DNA of 64,000 nt, taken from the IMG/VR virus record IMGVR_UViG_3300025723_000026, positions 1 through 64,000 of that record. One strand, given 5' to 3'. Source of the DNA: a virus. Taxonomy: Duplodnaviria > Caudoviricetes. The position numbers and the translations under genes are program-made. A model generated the notes under the pieces. That model searched no databases. It was not told the DNA's origin and saw nothing but the letters and a program-made list of their open reading frames with translations. This document shows, piece after piece, positions 42,808 through 54,474 of this stretch; position 1 is the stretch's first letter, and every line of letters begins with the position of its first letter.

Positions 42808-45693
42808 ATGTCCGATAACGCACGGTTCCATAATAAGCTTCACAGAAAGAATCATCACTCCATCTGTACACCAGGATATCCTGATTCAGCAACAGATCCT
42901 ATTGCCTCACAAGCAGAACCGTTTCAGGGTGATTTTTATATTAACGGTAATATCAACGCAACAGGCGCTCTTAATACTACATTTGTTACTCTCTCAAACA
43001 TTAGTATACCTACTCCTGTTTTATCAGCTACTATTGGATTTAATCCAACAAATTCTCTCATTGTTCAACTATCTGGCACTCAATACGCTATCCCTGTAAC
43101 GTATGTAGGTCCTCTCGGTACATCGGCTCCAGCGATTCTTAGCAACTCTCTTTCTGGTAACCTAGGATTTGGTACAAATGCTCCAAGCTATCCGATAGAC
43201 ATTGTAGGTAGTAATAATGGTATAAAAACGTCATTTTATGGTACTTCAAACAACCTAGGCAATGCTACCTACATGTATCAAAGTTCAGCTGGAAGCGCTA
43301 CTTTTTCAAACAATACATACGAACAAAATGGCTCGAGGATAGCATCTCTCTCTACCGGCGGTTGGATGACTATAAGTCAAGCAGGTCAATTTCGCTTTCA
43401 TCAATTCAGCGGTCAAGTAGCAGGTCAAACTGTAACTTCAACAACTCCTGTTATTATTTTATCCTCCGGTCAAGTTGGTATAGGAACAACTACACCTAAT
43501 AAGGCACTAACCGTCTCCGGCGATATTAGTGCAGCGAATGCTATCTATGATGCGACTGGTAATAGTAATAATTGGAACACTACCTATACAACAGTATGTG
43601 CAAATAGTGCAAGTTGGCAATCTAGTTTAGTTGTTGATAGTTACGTAATATCAAATAGTGCTACCTTCGATAGTTCATATAATGTTACTGTATACGCTAA
43701 GCTTTCTTCCCAGCCCTATACCCTCACGAATGTAAACTCAATTCAAGCAAATATAGGTGGTAACAATGCATTAAGTGCTTATTCAGGTGTACTTGCCGGC
43801 TACTACAATACATCATCAGGCTATGGATCATTAGTCGTAGGTGGTGGTAATAATATGGCGTCAGGCTATTTTTCAAATGTTCATGGTGGTGTTAGTAACA
43901 ATGCATTAAGCGCATATTCCGCTGTTCTTGCAGGCTTTAACAATACATCATCAGGCTACGGGTCCTTAGTCGTAGGTGGTGGTAATAATACGGCATCAGG
44001 CTGTGGAGCGATAATTGCCGGTGGTGGTAATAATACGGCATCAGGCTGTGGAGCGATAATTGCCGGTGGTTATAATAATGTAGCTTCAGGATACCTATCC
44101 AATATTCTTGGAGGTACTGGTAATAGTCTTTCAGGCAATAATTCATTTGCCTTAGGGTCAAATATTGTATCAACTACACCTAATTATACATTTGTAAATA
44201 ATCTATCCTCTCAATCCCTAGTACAGTCATCTAGTTCATGTACTGGCTATCTCAATGTAAGTCAAAATAGTGTCGGAGCAGCGCTATCAAATGTTCGTGC
44301 ACAATTTACTTCTAATCTTAATAGTTTTTCACAAATTAATCATCAAAATACAAACAGTGGAACATATGCATCGACAGATGTTGTTGTTACAGCTGATAAC
44401 GGTAATGATACACAAAACTATCTCGATTTAGGTATTAATAGTAGTACGTATTCTTCGCCCTCTTATACTATTACCGGTCCTAACGATGCGTATCTGTATA
44501 CACAAAATTGCAACATTGCAATAGGTACGGCGTCAAACGCCAATATACTCTTTCATACCGGTGGCACACTTGCAAGTAATGAACGTATGCGTGTTACAGG
44601 TTCAGGATGCGTTGGTATAGGTACAAGTACACCGAACAACACATTGACCGTTGTAGGTAATATCTCAGCAACAGGTAATGCATATTTTACAAATACCGTT
44701 TACTGTGCAGGTATAAACCAGGGTTCAATACAACCAGCAAATACAACAAATACTGCATCAAACGTTTATACACTTATCGCTGGTGGTAGTAATAATATTG
44801 TCACAGGAGCCGGTTCAACTGTGGTTGGTGGTTATTGTAATATTGTGTCAAGCTGCTGTGGTAGTATTCTCGGTGGTTTGTGTAATAATAATAGCGGTAC
44901 TCTATCTATAATAGGTGGTGGTAATAATAATATTACTTTCTCCGGTTACGGTAGTATTCTAGGCGGAAGTAATAACAAAACATGCTGTTATAGCGTAGTA
45001 GTAGGAGGTTACAATAACAGTGCTTATGGCTGTTACTCAGTAACTGGGGGCGGGCTTGGTAATACAAGCTCTGGTACTTATAGTAGTGTAGTAGGTGGAT
45101 GCTGTAATGTAAACAATGGAAGTCTTAGCTTTATTGCTGGTGGTTATAATAATACCATACAAAATGGTGTAAACGATGCTTTTATATTAGGTTCTAATAT
45201 AAACGCTACATGTTCAAACTACACCTACGTAGAGGGAATTATTGCAAATAACGGTATAAATGCAAACTGCGCTACTATTAATAGCATTTACAGTAATGTC
45301 TCAATTTGCACGTACAGTCTCAGTGCGTTTAGCGTTAATGCATATAGTACAAATATCTGTGATTCTACTGTTAATAGAAATAGTGTTATTGGTGGTAATT
45401 TAACAGTATTAGGTAATATCTATTCACCTTTATTCTCATCTCTAACCGGTACAGGTTCATTTGTACTCTCAGGTGGTAGTAAATATTCAACTGTATTTGG
45501 CGATGGTGTTGCATCAACCTTTATTATTAACCATAACTTAAACACAAGCGATATAGTAATGACAGTTATTGACTTTAATACAGCTCAGGTTGTATATCCG
45601 ACTGTTACGATTAATAATTTAAATCAGGTACAAATTAATTTCTCTTTTGTACCGCCACCATTAAGTTATAAGATATCAATCATAGGTCTTTAA
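42808..45693 (+). CDS. Tail fibre-like protein with beta-roll repeats
   Basis: 961 aa; GIGTTTP motifs; GGxNNxASG repeats; HNLNT C-terminus. Confidence 0.75.
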   Translation: MSDNARFHNKLHRKNHHSICTPGYPDSATDPIASQAEPFQGDFYINGNINATGALNTTFVTLSNISIPTPVLSATIGFNPTNSLIVQLSGTQYAIPVTYVGPLGTSAPAILSNSLSGNLGFGTNAPSYPIDIVGSNNGIKTSFYGTSNNLGNATYMYQSSAGSATFSNNTYEQNGSRIASLSTGGWMTISQAGQFRFHQFSGQVAGQTVTSTTPVIILSSGQVGIGTTTPNKALTVSGDISAANAIYDATGNSNNWNTTYTTVCANSASWQSSLVVDSYVISNSATFDSSYNVTVYAKLSSQPYTLTNVNSIQANIGGNNALSAYSGVLAGYYNTSSGYGSLVVGGGNNMASGYFSNVHGGVSNNALSAYSAVLAGFNNTSSGYGSLVVGGGNNTASGCGAIIAGGGNNTASGCGAIIAGGYNNVASGYLSNILGGTGNSLSGNNSFALGSNIVSTTPNYTFVNNLSSQSLVQSSSSCTGYLNVSQNSVGAALSNVRAQFTSNLNSFSQINHQNTNSGTYASTDVVVTADNGNDTQNYLDLGINSSTYSSPSYTITGPNDAYLYTQNCNIAIGTASNANILFHTGGTLASNERMRVTGSGCVGIGTSTPNNTLTVVGNISATGNAYFTNTVYCAGINQGSIQPANTTNTASNVYTLIAGGSNNIVTGAGSTVVGGYCNIVSSCCGSILGGLCNNNSGTLSIIGGGNNNITFSGYGSILGGSNNKTCCYSVVVGGYNNSAYGCYSVTGGGLGNTSSGTYSSVVGGCCNVNNGSLSFIAGGYNNTIQNGVNDAFILGSNINATCSNYTYVEGIIANNGINANCATINSIYSNVSICTYSLSAFSVNAYSTNICDSTVNRNSVIGGNLTVLGNIYSPLFSSLTGTGSFVLSGGSKYSTVFGDGVASTFIINHNLNTSDIVMTVIDFNTAQVVYPTVTINNLNQVQINFSFVPPPLSYKISIIGL
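43975..44064 (+). repeat. Two identical 45-bp coding tandem repeats
   Basis: GGTGGTGGTAATAATACGGCATCAGGCTGTGGAGCGATAATTGCC x2 (GGGNNTASGCGAIIA). Confidence 0.9.
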
Positions 45694-45732
45694 CTTGTAT
45701 TATAGAATAATACTGTATAAATATTAGAGTAT

Positions 45733-47517
45733 ATGCCTAATAATATTAATGCATTACCATCTTCTGGTCCTATCTCTCTACAAGATATAGCGAACGCGTT
45801 CTATTTATATAAATCATATTCAGATGGTGGTTCTGTTGATCTTTCCGTATATTATGGAGACAATATACGGAAATATAATTCACCATCTGGGCCTAATATA
45901 CCGTTCCTATCAACGTATTCGCCGTCTGCTCCACCAATTGCTACATCATTTACAAAAAAACTTGATGTTGACCCTTTTCATGGTAAGCGTTTTACGTTTC
46001 CTATTAATCTTATTGTCAATACCCCGATTAAAAACTATAACGTTTATGATCAAGCAGCACTTTCAGCAAAAAATGCATATGGGTTTAATTTAAACACACC
46101 TGGTATTCCGTTTAATATTACTGTAATAAACAATAGTACTATATCATCATCTGCAACAACAGGACCTGGTATAACACCAGGATCATATTCCGTGTCAACA
46201 CCAGGTACTACATATACTTGGACAATACCAGCTAATACAACATCAGTAAATATACTCGTTGCCGGCGCCGGTGGTGGTGGCGGCGGTGGTGGCGGTGTCA
46301 GTGGCGCTGTTGGAGGCGGTGGTGGTGGCGGTGGTGGTGTTATAGTTACAAACAATATTCCTGTTATACCGGGTATGCCTGTAACTATAACTGTAGGTAA
46401 GGGGGGTCAAGCAGGTACATTTACTACTCAAGGAGATTCAGGTGGTACCTCAACACTTACAATAGGTACTAGTAGTTTTAGTGCGTTAGGCGGTGGAGGT
46501 GGTTACCCAGCTCCTAATGGACCAGGTGGTAACTACGGAGGACCAGGTGGTGCAACAGGTGGAACCGGTACTACTAAAGGAGGATCAGGTGGACTCTCAC
46601 TTACATCTCCAGCTGGCACTGGTGGTGCTGGTGGAGGTGGTAATGGAAGCGGTGGTTGGACAGCAGATGGTATACCAGGTAATAATGGCATTATCACTAT
46701 TACTTGGGCCAATGTAAATAGTAACACAACTAACACCCTAGGTACAGCTGCAATGGTTATTGGTACAAGTTCTGATGGATCAAAAGTATTCAATCAAAAT
46801 ACAATTGCATGTTTTATTAACGGTAATAGTGGCACCATAGTAGGTGCTGCAGATACGTCTCCAGTAGTGACTTGTACTGGAGCAGGTAGTTTTTACGTGA
46901 ATCAAGGTGAAGCAAACATATGTTATAAACTATTAGGGGGAGGAGGCCAGGGCGGACATGGAGGCGCTGCTGATCACCATGTTGGTCAAGGTCAACATGG
47001 TGGAACGGGCGGTTGTATAACCGGTTCTGTATCCGTTAAACAGGGCGATCTTGTATGTTACGGGGGGGGAAGCGGTGGTACAGGTGGTAGTTATGTTGGT
47101 ATCGATGGAAGTCCGGCTGTGCTCTGTATCAACGGTAATGTAGCAGCTTGTGCCCCTGGAGGGGGAGGTGGCGGAGGTTACGGTACTGATGGTCAAACGT
47201 ATTACGCAGGTAGTAATGGGGTTTCATATAGTGGTGGAGGATGTGGAGGCAGCTATGGTGGTTATACTGATGGAAATTGGAGTGGTCACTGCGGGGGCAG
47301 CGGTTACCCTGGTAGTGCTACAGTGTGTTATCAACCAAACCTACCAGGAGGACCAGCACTCTACCTTACGAAAAAAACAAGTATTACAAACAACGGTAAT
47401 ATAATTGGTGGATCGAGTTCAATCGGTACAGTAGGTGCTGGTAATGCTATTATCGGTTGTTCCTGTATAGATGGTACAATACAGGGTAGTGGTAAGATTT
47501 ACGGCCATCAGATATAG
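45733..47517 (+). CDS. Glycine-rich adhesin-like virion protein
   Basis: LPSSGPISLQDI N-terminus; poly-Gly loops; TATAAATA upstream. Confidence 0.7.
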   Translation: MPNNINALPSSGPISLQDIANAFYLYKSYSDGGSVDLSVYYGDNIRKYNSPSGPNIPFLSTYSPSAPPIATSFTKKLDVDPFHGKRFTFPINLIVNTPIKNYNVYDQAALSAKNAYGFNLNTPGIPFNITVINNSTISSSATTGPGITPGSYSVSTPGTTYTWTIPANTTSVNILVAGAGGGGGGGGGVSGAVGGGGGGGGGVIVTNNIPVIPGMPVTITVGKGGQAGTFTTQGDSGGTSTLTIGTSSFSALGGGGGYPAPNGPGGNYGGPGGATGGTGTTKGGSGGLSLTSPAGTGGAGGGGNGSGGWTADGIPGNNGIITITWANVNSNTTNTLGTAAMVIGTSSDGSKVFNQNTIACFINGNSGTIVGAADTSPVVTCTGAGSFYVNQGEANICYKLLGGGGQGGHGGAADHHVGQGQHGGTGGCITGSVSVKQGDLVCYGGGSGGTGGSYVGIDGSPAVLCINGNVAACAPGGGGGGGYGTDGQTYYAGSNGVSYSGGGCGGSYGGYTDGNWSGHCGGSGYPGSATVCYQPNLPGGPALYLTKKTSITNNGNIIGGSSSIGTVGAGNAIIGCSCIDGTIQGSGKIYGHQI

Positions 47518-47555
47518 ATCTCGCACAGGTCAATATATAAATACTAATAAGATAT

Positions 47556-49508
47556 ATGTCACTTAATTTATTAGATAATGCTTATGTTATTGGTACACTT
47601 AGCGCTTCGTCGGATGTAGCTACATCTGGAAGATTTCTCTCCGGTGGTGTCGATATAAGCTCGATTATAAGCGCTATTAACATCAGTCCGTATTCTTATA
47701 AATTAAGTACATCATCTATACAGACATTATATAACAGTAATAATGCTTTAGGTCAATTTTCTGTATCTACAGGTGGTAGCAACAATACAACCACCGGAGC
47801 ATATTCTTTTATTGCTGGTGGGTCTGCTAATTATACAAATTATACTAATACTTTTATCTTAGGAACTGGTTTAAGCGCTTCTAAAGCTAATACAACATTT
47901 GTTAATAATTTAAGCACTCCCGGTACTATAACAGCAGGCATTGTAAGTGCAACCGGAAGTATTTATGCTGGTGGAAACGGTGGTATATTTTATGGTGATG
48001 CTGCAATTCTTGCTCTACGTCCACCAGTTGCTACAGCTCCTAATGGTGCAACATTTTTTCAAGATAATGTAGGTAGTATTACCACAATGTATGTTGACAG
48101 TAATACTAATTACCGTGTCGGTATTGGCACTGTTACACCCAATCAGTTATTAACTGTTGCTGGTAATATTAGTGCGGCTGGTAATTTTTTTACTTCAGCA
48201 GCAACAATTACATCTAACAACTCAGCTACTAATGCTTTTAATACTAGTCTTTTAACTATAGTAGGCGCTGCTAGTGGTTCTGTATTTGAGTCATTGCAAA
48301 ATACTGTAGCAGGGGTTAGTGCAAGTACAGATATATCTATATATAACGATTTAAACAATTATATTGATTTAGGTATTAATAGTTCTAAGTATAATGGTAA
48401 TTTGTATGGACCAGCCTTTAACGTTGTAGGTCCTGGAGACGGTTATCTCTATACAACTAATAACAATTTAGCTCTTGGTACAGCAGGTACTACAGGTAAT
48501 GTCAGTATCTTTACTGGAGGTACATTGTCTGGTTCTAATATAAGAGCTAATTTTACAAATGCAGGGTTAACTGTTAATGGTTATATAAGTGCATCCGGGG
48601 CTGTTTTTTATAATTCAAATTTTAATACAACTAATTTCACAACTAATGGTACTTATATTGTACCAGCTACCGCTTCTTTCGTAAGAATTCAATGTATTGG
48701 TGGTGGTGGAGGCGGTGGAGGCGGATCAGCTAATATAGCAGGGACATCTCACTACGGTGGTGCCGGTGGTGGTGGTGGTGGTTATGTTGATATAACAATA
48801 CCTGCAAGCCAATTAACCTCAACTAATTTAACTATTGGAGTTGGAACTAGTGGAGCTGGTGGAGCTGGCGTTGGACTTACAACTGTAGCTACAGCAGGTA
48901 CTACCGGTTCAGATGGATTATCTAGCTATGTTGCATATACCGCATCTGGTATAAAAATAGCTCTCGCGCCTGGTGGAAGGGGAGGACGCTCTTCGTTAGC
49001 GTCAACAGCTATAATTGGTGGTGGCGGTGGTGGAGGAAATGGAGGAAATGGGGGTTCTGCCGTTCAAGCATCTGAAACCGGTCTTCCTGGAGGAGATTCT
49101 ATGTATGGCGGCGGTGGGGGTGGTGCTGGTGGAGGAACCTTAACTAGTAACAATGGATTAGCTGGAGGAATCGCGTATCCTGGTGGATCTGCTGGTGGTA
49201 ATATAACAAACTCTACAGGAGGTACAGCCGGTACATCTGGTATTGCAGGTGGAGCAGGTGGAGCAGGTTCTGCGTCAGTTGCCTTCTCGACTAATGGTAT
49301 AATTTTTGGTGGTACAGGTGGTGGCGGTGGGGGAGGTAGTTATGGTGGAGCAACTGCTTCTGCAGGTGGCAATGGTGGTGTTGGAGCTTTATATGGTGGT
49401 GGTGGAGGAGGAGGTGGATCCGGTACAGCAGGCACAGCACCACAACAAGCAGCTGGTGGAGCAGGTGGTAATGGAGCAAACGGATACGTAAGAATAACAG
49501 TTTATTAA
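47556..49508 (+). CDS. Fibre protein with glycine-rich C-terminal domain
   Basis: 650 aa; TYIVPATASFVRIQCIGGGGGGG...GANGYVRITVY. Confidence 0.7.
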   Translation: MSLNLLDNAYVIGTLSASSDVATSGRFLSGGVDISSIISAINISPYSYKLSTSSIQTLYNSNNALGQFSVSTGGSNNTTTGAYSFIAGGSANYTNYTNTFILGTGLSASKANTTFVNNLSTPGTITAGIVSATGSIYAGGNGGIFYGDAAILALRPPVATAPNGATFFQDNVGSITTMYVDSNTNYRVGIGTVTPNQLLTVAGNISAAGNFFTSAATITSNNSATNAFNTSLLTIVGAASGSVFESLQNTVAGVSASTDISIYNDLNNYIDLGINSSKYNGNLYGPAFNVVGPGDGYLYTTNNNLALGTAGTTGNVSIFTGGTLSGSNIRANFTNAGLTVNGYISASGAVFYNSNFNTTNFTTNGTYIVPATASFVRIQCIGGGGGGGGGSANIAGTSHYGGAGGGGGGYVDITIPASQLTSTNLTIGVGTSGAGGAGVGLTTVATAGTTGSDGLSSYVAYTASGIKIALAPGGRGGRSSLASTAIIGGGGGGGNGGNGGSAVQASETGLPGGDSMYGGGGGGAGGGTLTSNNGLAGGIAYPGGSAGGNITNSTGGTAGTSGIAGGAGGAGSASVAFSTNGIIFGGTGGGGGGGSYGGATASAGGNGGVGALYGGGGGGGGSGTAGTAPQQAAGGAGGNGANGYVRITVY

Positions 49509-49528
49509 AATAACTAATATTAACACTG

Positions 49529-50569
49529 ATGTATACACTGCCTCCAAATACTGTTGCGGGTTCAATTATATTTTCACCACAACATCTTGGTATACCACAA
49601 TATCTTGACGTATCGAGAGATATTGTAATTTCATTTGATTACGCTTGCTATGGGCCAACGGTAAGCGGTAGTGAAGGTTTTTGTGTATTTTTTGGAGATA
49701 CTTTCAATCCAGCTATCTATGGCGGTGGTCCAGGACCAGGATTAGCGTATAGTTCCGTGTATTCTGTTGATCCTAGTCAGGTAACACCTACGGTACCAGG
49801 GTTAAGTGGGTTGACATGCGGTGTATTAGGTGTTGGTTTTGATATAACGGGTAATTTTGGTTGCAGTGCTTATTCAAGCTCTGGTTACATTGACCGAGTT
49901 CAAAACTCTATTGCTTTGCGCTCTTCCTATAATAGCGATTTTAATATTATAACAAGAACTCTCAATTTAAATGATACGTCGTTTACAAAAAATATCAATC
50001 TCTACCAGCAAGTAACAGGGAGTGACGTCCCGGTCTTTAAACGTGTACGTGTTAGATTAACAGACTTCGGGCAGCGTATCGTTGTTGACATGAAATTATT
50101 GGATGATTTGTATTTTACAAACTACTTAGATTATAATTTTGCTAATTATAATAATTCACTTTTATCAAGTACAGTTACTGTATTCGGTATACCATTGAGT
50201 ACAATACCAGTCGCTTTCCCGTCTACAGTTAGATGTGGATTAGGTTTTTCAACAGGACAAGACACAACTACTACCTTTAAAATTAAAAACTTTAATACAA
50301 ATGGTTCATTTACCACAGCATATGCTTCTGGTACATACATGTATGATGTTGATACTACGACATTGAGTGCAATTAGAACATATCTTGATACAGCTGCACC
50401 GTACTTCTATCAAGGGGACAGGTTTAATATATTTAATTATGACCCCGATACCACAAATCCTATTGTTACAGGTGGTAACCCACTTATTGTTGCAGGTACA
50501 AATGGTGTTGACATTGGTGCGCCTTATGTTCCGGGTGATAACTATGTAGTTATTACTGAACATTATTAA
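49529..50569 (+). CDS. Legume (L-type) lectin-like protein
   Basis: ISFDY...GSEGFCVFF...GGGPG..LAY...LGVGFD...NSIALR. Confidence 0.7.
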   Translation: MYTLPPNTVAGSIIFSPQHLGIPQYLDVSRDIVISFDYACYGPTVSGSEGFCVFFGDTFNPAIYGGGPGPGLAYSSVYSVDPSQVTPTVPGLSGLTCGVLGVGFDITGNFGCSAYSSSGYIDRVQNSIALRSSYNSDFNIITRTLNLNDTSFTKNINLYQQVTGSDVPVFKRVRVRLTDFGQRIVVDMKLLDDLYFTNYLDYNFANYNNSLLSSTVTVFGIPLSTIPVAFPSTVRCGLGFSTGQDTTTTFKIKNFNTNGSFTTAYASGTYMYDVDTTTLSAIRTYLDTAAPYFYQGDRFNIFNYDPDTTNPIVTGGNPLIVAGTNGVDIGAPYVPGDNYVVITEHY

Positions 50570-50612
50570 GGAAGCTTAAAAAACAAATACTAAGGAATAA
50601 ATAATCATAGTC

Positions 50613-53273
50613 ATGTCTAATATTGCAGCTACTCTCTCATTAAACGTTCCTGCTATTACTGCCCTCTGCAAGGGTCCGAGAGGGAGCCTGTTCTACGCTG
50701 CATCAGGTCTACCAACAAATCCAAATAATATTTATAGCGGTACTGTCGGTGTGTCCGGTGATTATTATATTGATACATCAACGAGCTTACTATATGGTCC
50801 GTTCGGTGCAACATGGCCGACGACGCCTCTTTTTGCTTTAAATCTACCTGTTAGTGCTTATCCAATTCAAATTATTCCAGGTACAACCTCACTTGTTATA
50901 CCTACATACGGGTCAAATTCCATATCTCAACCAAGCTCATATGTTACTATTCTCGGTGGCTTTAATAATTCTATAACTGGTCTTAATTCTTTTGTTTTAG
51001 GATCGAATATTACTGCAGCTGTTACCGGCTTTACATTATTAAACAATCTTTCATCAACCGGTACTATTTTTGCTAGCGCGGGTAACAGCAATCAATGGTA
51101 TAATACCTATACCGCTGTTTCACCTAATAGTGGTAACTGGTTTTCAACTTATACATCTGTAGGTAGTAATAGTGGTAACTGGAATAGCACTTATACATCT
51201 GTAGGTAGTAATAGTGGTAACTGGAATAATACCTATTCTTCTGTTTTTGCTAATAGTGGCTGTTGGTCTAGTGCTTATTCTCTAGTTAGTGCCGTTGGGT
51301 ATCAAACATACTATGCAAATAATTCTTGCGCTATTCTACCATTTCAACAAACAAATTTTGCTACAGGAACAGCGAGCAATATTGGCGGTGGTAATTGCAA
51401 TAATGTTTCAGGTTGTTTTTCAGGTATTTTAAATGGTGTTTGTAATACAGCATCCGGTAATTATAGTAATATCACAGGTGGCTTTAGTAGTAATGCCATA
51501 GCTAATTATTCAAATGTGGCTGGTGGTGTAAAAAATACAGCATCTGGTTACGGCTCTACCATAGGTGGTGGTATATACAATATTGCTTGTGGTTATAATG
51601 CTGCTGTAGCGGCTGGTGCATATAATTGTTCAAATTGTTGTAGTACCTTTATCGGCGGTGGTAAGTATAATACAGCGTCCGGTATTCGTTCTGCTGTTGT
51701 AGCAGGTCAAAATAATACAGCTTCCGGTCATTACTCTTATATAGCAGCTGGTTCAGCTAACGACACAAAAGGATATGCTAATACCTTTATCTTAGGTACA
51801 GGATTAAGCGCAACACAAGCTAATTACACATACATCAATAACTTAAGTGTACAAGGTAGTATAAGTGTTAATGGTGGTATTAATACTGGCGGTACCGGTG
51901 GCGCTACATTTAATTCATTGGGTGTTACAAATAATGCTACTGTAGGTGGTACATTGAGTAGTGTTGGTGCTGCTACACTAAATTCGCTAAACGTTACCAA
52001 CAGCGCTACTGTCAGTGGTACATTAAAGGTTGCAGGTGCTTCTACTCTTGCTTCATTAGGTGTAACAAATAATGCTACAGTAGGTGGTACATTAGGTGTA
52101 ACAAGTAATGCTACAGTAGGTGGTACATTAGGTGTAACAAGTAATGCTACAGTAGGTGGTACATTAGGTGTAACAAGTAATGCTACAGTAGGTGGTAGTG
52201 CAACTATTACAGGTAGTGTTGGAATTGGAAGTTCAGGTTCATCAAAATTGAATATATCAAGAAATGTAGGAAACTCATCAACTGCTGATATACATACAAC
52301 AGATGGTACCCAGTGGATTGATATTAATAGTAATCAGTCTGTAGGGTCATGGAATCCTTTAACACAAAATAACGATGCTTCAGTAATTTATTCCGCTGGT
52401 ACAATTGACAATGCAAGCAGTGCTCTTGTCATTGGTCCGCACGCTTCAACAGCAAAAGGTATAAGAATAGATAATAACGGTAACGTTGGTATTGGCATTG
52501 CAGTACCAAATTCTAAGTTAACTGTAGCAGGTACAATTTCTGCGACAACAGCAGTATATGCAAACGGCTATTTGTTAGGTTCTGGAAGTGCCAATTCTCT
52601 CCCACTCTCTGGTGGTACGTTAACAGGCGGTCTTTCAGCTCCTTCTTTAAGTGCAAACAGCATTTATAGTATTGGAAACCAAACAGTAATGACCGATGGT
52701 AGTAATACCACTGGAGCCGGTGCTGGTACTATTTCAATAAATTACCAGAATGGTGCATATATTGGATCAAACGGTTCAGGTGCTTTATATGCTTTAGGTG
52801 TATCAAGATACGGTGCTTATCTTGTAGCAAACGGTACTGCCTTCGGTCCAACAGGAGCTGCTTATTTTACGGCAGCGCCGACAGATACGCTTGTATCAAA
52901 TGGTGTGTATGAATACGAAGCACAGCTTACATTTCAAAAAACCACATCTGCTACTGTTACTACATCTCTTGTTCCGAGTGTGGCGGCAGGTACCAGTATT
53001 GCAGCTGGTATAATGTTGTTTAGCTTTCCATCTTATTCAGGAACGACAACATTATCTCAGACTATAAGTACTAACGCAATTGTAACAAATAATATAACCC
53101 CGTACGTTTTAGGCGTTACACCAACGCTTATAAGCGGTAACTATATGATGAAAATTAAAGGTATGATTGTATCACCAGCTGGTGGAACGACTATACAGTT
53201 AAATATGAGCTGTGGTGCCGGTACGATTACTCCTCTTGCTGGTAGTTATAGAAAACTTACTAGAATTGCTTAA
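50613..53273 (+). CDS. Tail fibre-like protein with 14-aa and 12-aa tandem repeats
   Basis: 886 aa; SNSGNWxxTYTSVG and LGVTxNATVGGT repeats. Confidence 0.75.
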   Translation: MSNIAATLSLNVPAITALCKGPRGSLFYAASGLPTNPNNIYSGTVGVSGDYYIDTSTSLLYGPFGATWPTTPLFALNLPVSAYPIQIIPGTTSLVIPTYGSNSISQPSSYVTILGGFNNSITGLNSFVLGSNITAAVTGFTLLNNLSSTGTIFASAGNSNQWYNTYTAVSPNSGNWFSTYTSVGSNSGNWNSTYTSVGSNSGNWNNTYSSVFANSGCWSSAYSLVSAVGYQTYYANNSCAILPFQQTNFATGTASNIGGGNCNNVSGCFSGILNGVCNTASGNYSNITGGFSSNAIANYSNVAGGVKNTASGYGSTIGGGIYNIACGYNAAVAAGAYNCSNCCSTFIGGGKYNTASGIRSAVVAGQNNTASGHYSYIAAGSANDTKGYANTFILGTGLSATQANYTYINNLSVQGSISVNGGINTGGTGGATFNSLGVTNNATVGGTLSSVGAATLNSLNVTNSATVSGTLKVAGASTLASLGVTNNATVGGTLGVTSNATVGGTLGVTSNATVGGTLGVTSNATVGGSATITGSVGIGSSGSSKLNISRNVGNSSTADIHTTDGTQWIDINSNQSVGSWNPLTQNNDASVIYSAGTIDNASSALVIGPHASTAKGIRIDNNGNVGIGIAVPNSKLTVAGTISATTAVYANGYLLGSGSANSLPLSGGTLTGGLSAPSLSANSIYSIGNQTVMTDGSNTTGAGAGTISINYQNGAYIGSNGSGALYALGVSRYGAYLVANGTAFGPTGAAYFTAAPTDTLVSNGVYEYEAQLTFQKTTSATVTTSLVPSVAAGTSIAAGIMLFSFPSYSGTTTLSQTISTNAIVTNNITPYVLGVTPTLISGNYMMKIKGMIVSPAGGTTIQLNMSCGAGTITPLAGSYRKLTRIA
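52054..52197 (+). repeat. Four 36-bp coding tandem repeats
   Basis: CATTAGGTGTAACAA(A/G)TAATGCTACAGTAGGTGGTA x4. Confidence 0.9.
52295..52438 (+). repeat. 144-bp repeat, copy 1 (copy 2 at 62885-63028)
   Basis: Manual comparison shows 2 mismatches. Confidence 0.9.
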
Positions 53274-53285
53274 TTATTATTAGCA

Positions 53286-54401
53286 ATGTCTAATTCTCTA
53301 CAAATTTTAAATTCTCTTACATATACAGGGACATCTAACTTTAGTGCAGCTAAAATAATTAGCTCTAAAAACGGGAGCGATTATCTAAATCATGCAATAA
53401 GCTCCTGGAATACTATATCACCGCCTTTAACCAGTCTTGGTCGTTTTACTTGGTCACAAGTTGAATTTGTAAATGATAAATTTTTTACGACAGTTACCGG
53501 TAAACCTTCAGCCGCATGGTCATATGATGGTAAAAATTGGAATTCTATAACAGTTCCAATGACTGCACTTAAAGACGGTATTGCGTACGGTGGTGGCATG
53601 TATACTGGTTTATCTAATTTTCAAGGTGCTACTACTTACATGACACCAGAGTCGTACTATTCCACCGACGGTATAAATTGGTCTATAAACAATTCTTACA
53701 ATACTCCAATAGTTCAGTTAAACTGGGCAACACCTGTATACGGTGTAGTAAATGGTACAGGTATATTTGTATCGGTTGGTGGATCAAATACTTCTGGCTA
53801 TGGTGCGTATTCATACGATGGAATAAATTGGACATTTAATACATCATTTGCCGGTGGTGGTGGTAATAGTATAGCATATGGTATAGTAAACGGTCAGGGT
53901 ATATTTGTAACTGTTCCGCCTCATTCAGCAACGTATTTCATGTATTCAACAGACGGTGTAACTTGGAAACAGGGTAATAGCTTTACTTCATTAGGTAACA
54001 GTTGGAGTTCTGTTACATACGGTTATAATGATGTCGGTACACCGATGTTTGTAGCTGTATCTAATAGTACGACAGGTTACCCAGCGAATGTTTTGTATTC
54101 TTATGATGGTAAAAATTGGGCATACGGTAGTATTCCTGATTATTACTGGATAAATGTAATATATACACCTAACGGACTCTTTATAGCTACAGCGACTACA
54201 TCTACAGCATATGGTATTTATGCTTATTCCTACGATGGTATAACATTTAATACAGCACCGTACATTACAGCTAGCTACATTTTGCCAAAAATAGCTTACG
54301 GTAATGGTGTAGTTGTTGCAGCACCATATTATGGTGCCGCTAACCAATTTGCCTACGCAACACTACCTGTAATTACTAGTACAGGCATATTAACACATTA
54401 A
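53286..54401 (+). CDS. Beta-propeller-like repeat protein
   Basis: Repeated YGxG.FV(A/S)V...YSxDGxxW blades. Confidence 0.7.
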   Translation: MSNSLQILNSLTYTGTSNFSAAKIISSKNGSDYLNHAISSWNTISPPLTSLGRFTWSQVEFVNDKFFTTVTGKPSAAWSYDGKNWNSITVPMTALKDGIAYGGGMYTGLSNFQGATTYMTPESYYSTDGINWSINNSYNTPIVQLNWATPVYGVVNGTGIFVSVGGSNTSGYGAYSYDGINWTFNTSFAGGGGNSIAYGIVNGQGIFVTVPPHSATYFMYSTDGVTWKQGNSFTSLGNSWSSVTYGYNDVGTPMFVAVSNSTTGYPANVLYSYDGKNWAYGSIPDYYWINVIYTPNGLFIATATTSTAYGIYAYSYDGITFNTAPYITASYILPKIAYGNGVVVAAPYYGAANQFAYATLPVITSTGILTH

Positions 54402-54474
54402 ACTCAATACTAGCTACTAGAGAAAAATAAAACCGAAGACTTGTAGCTGAATTAAGTTGTATTAAATAATTACT

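Noticed and set aside
43975-52197. CRISPR-like arrays from 36-, 42- and 45-bp repeats
   Set aside because: Head-to-tail in-frame coding repeats with no unique spacers
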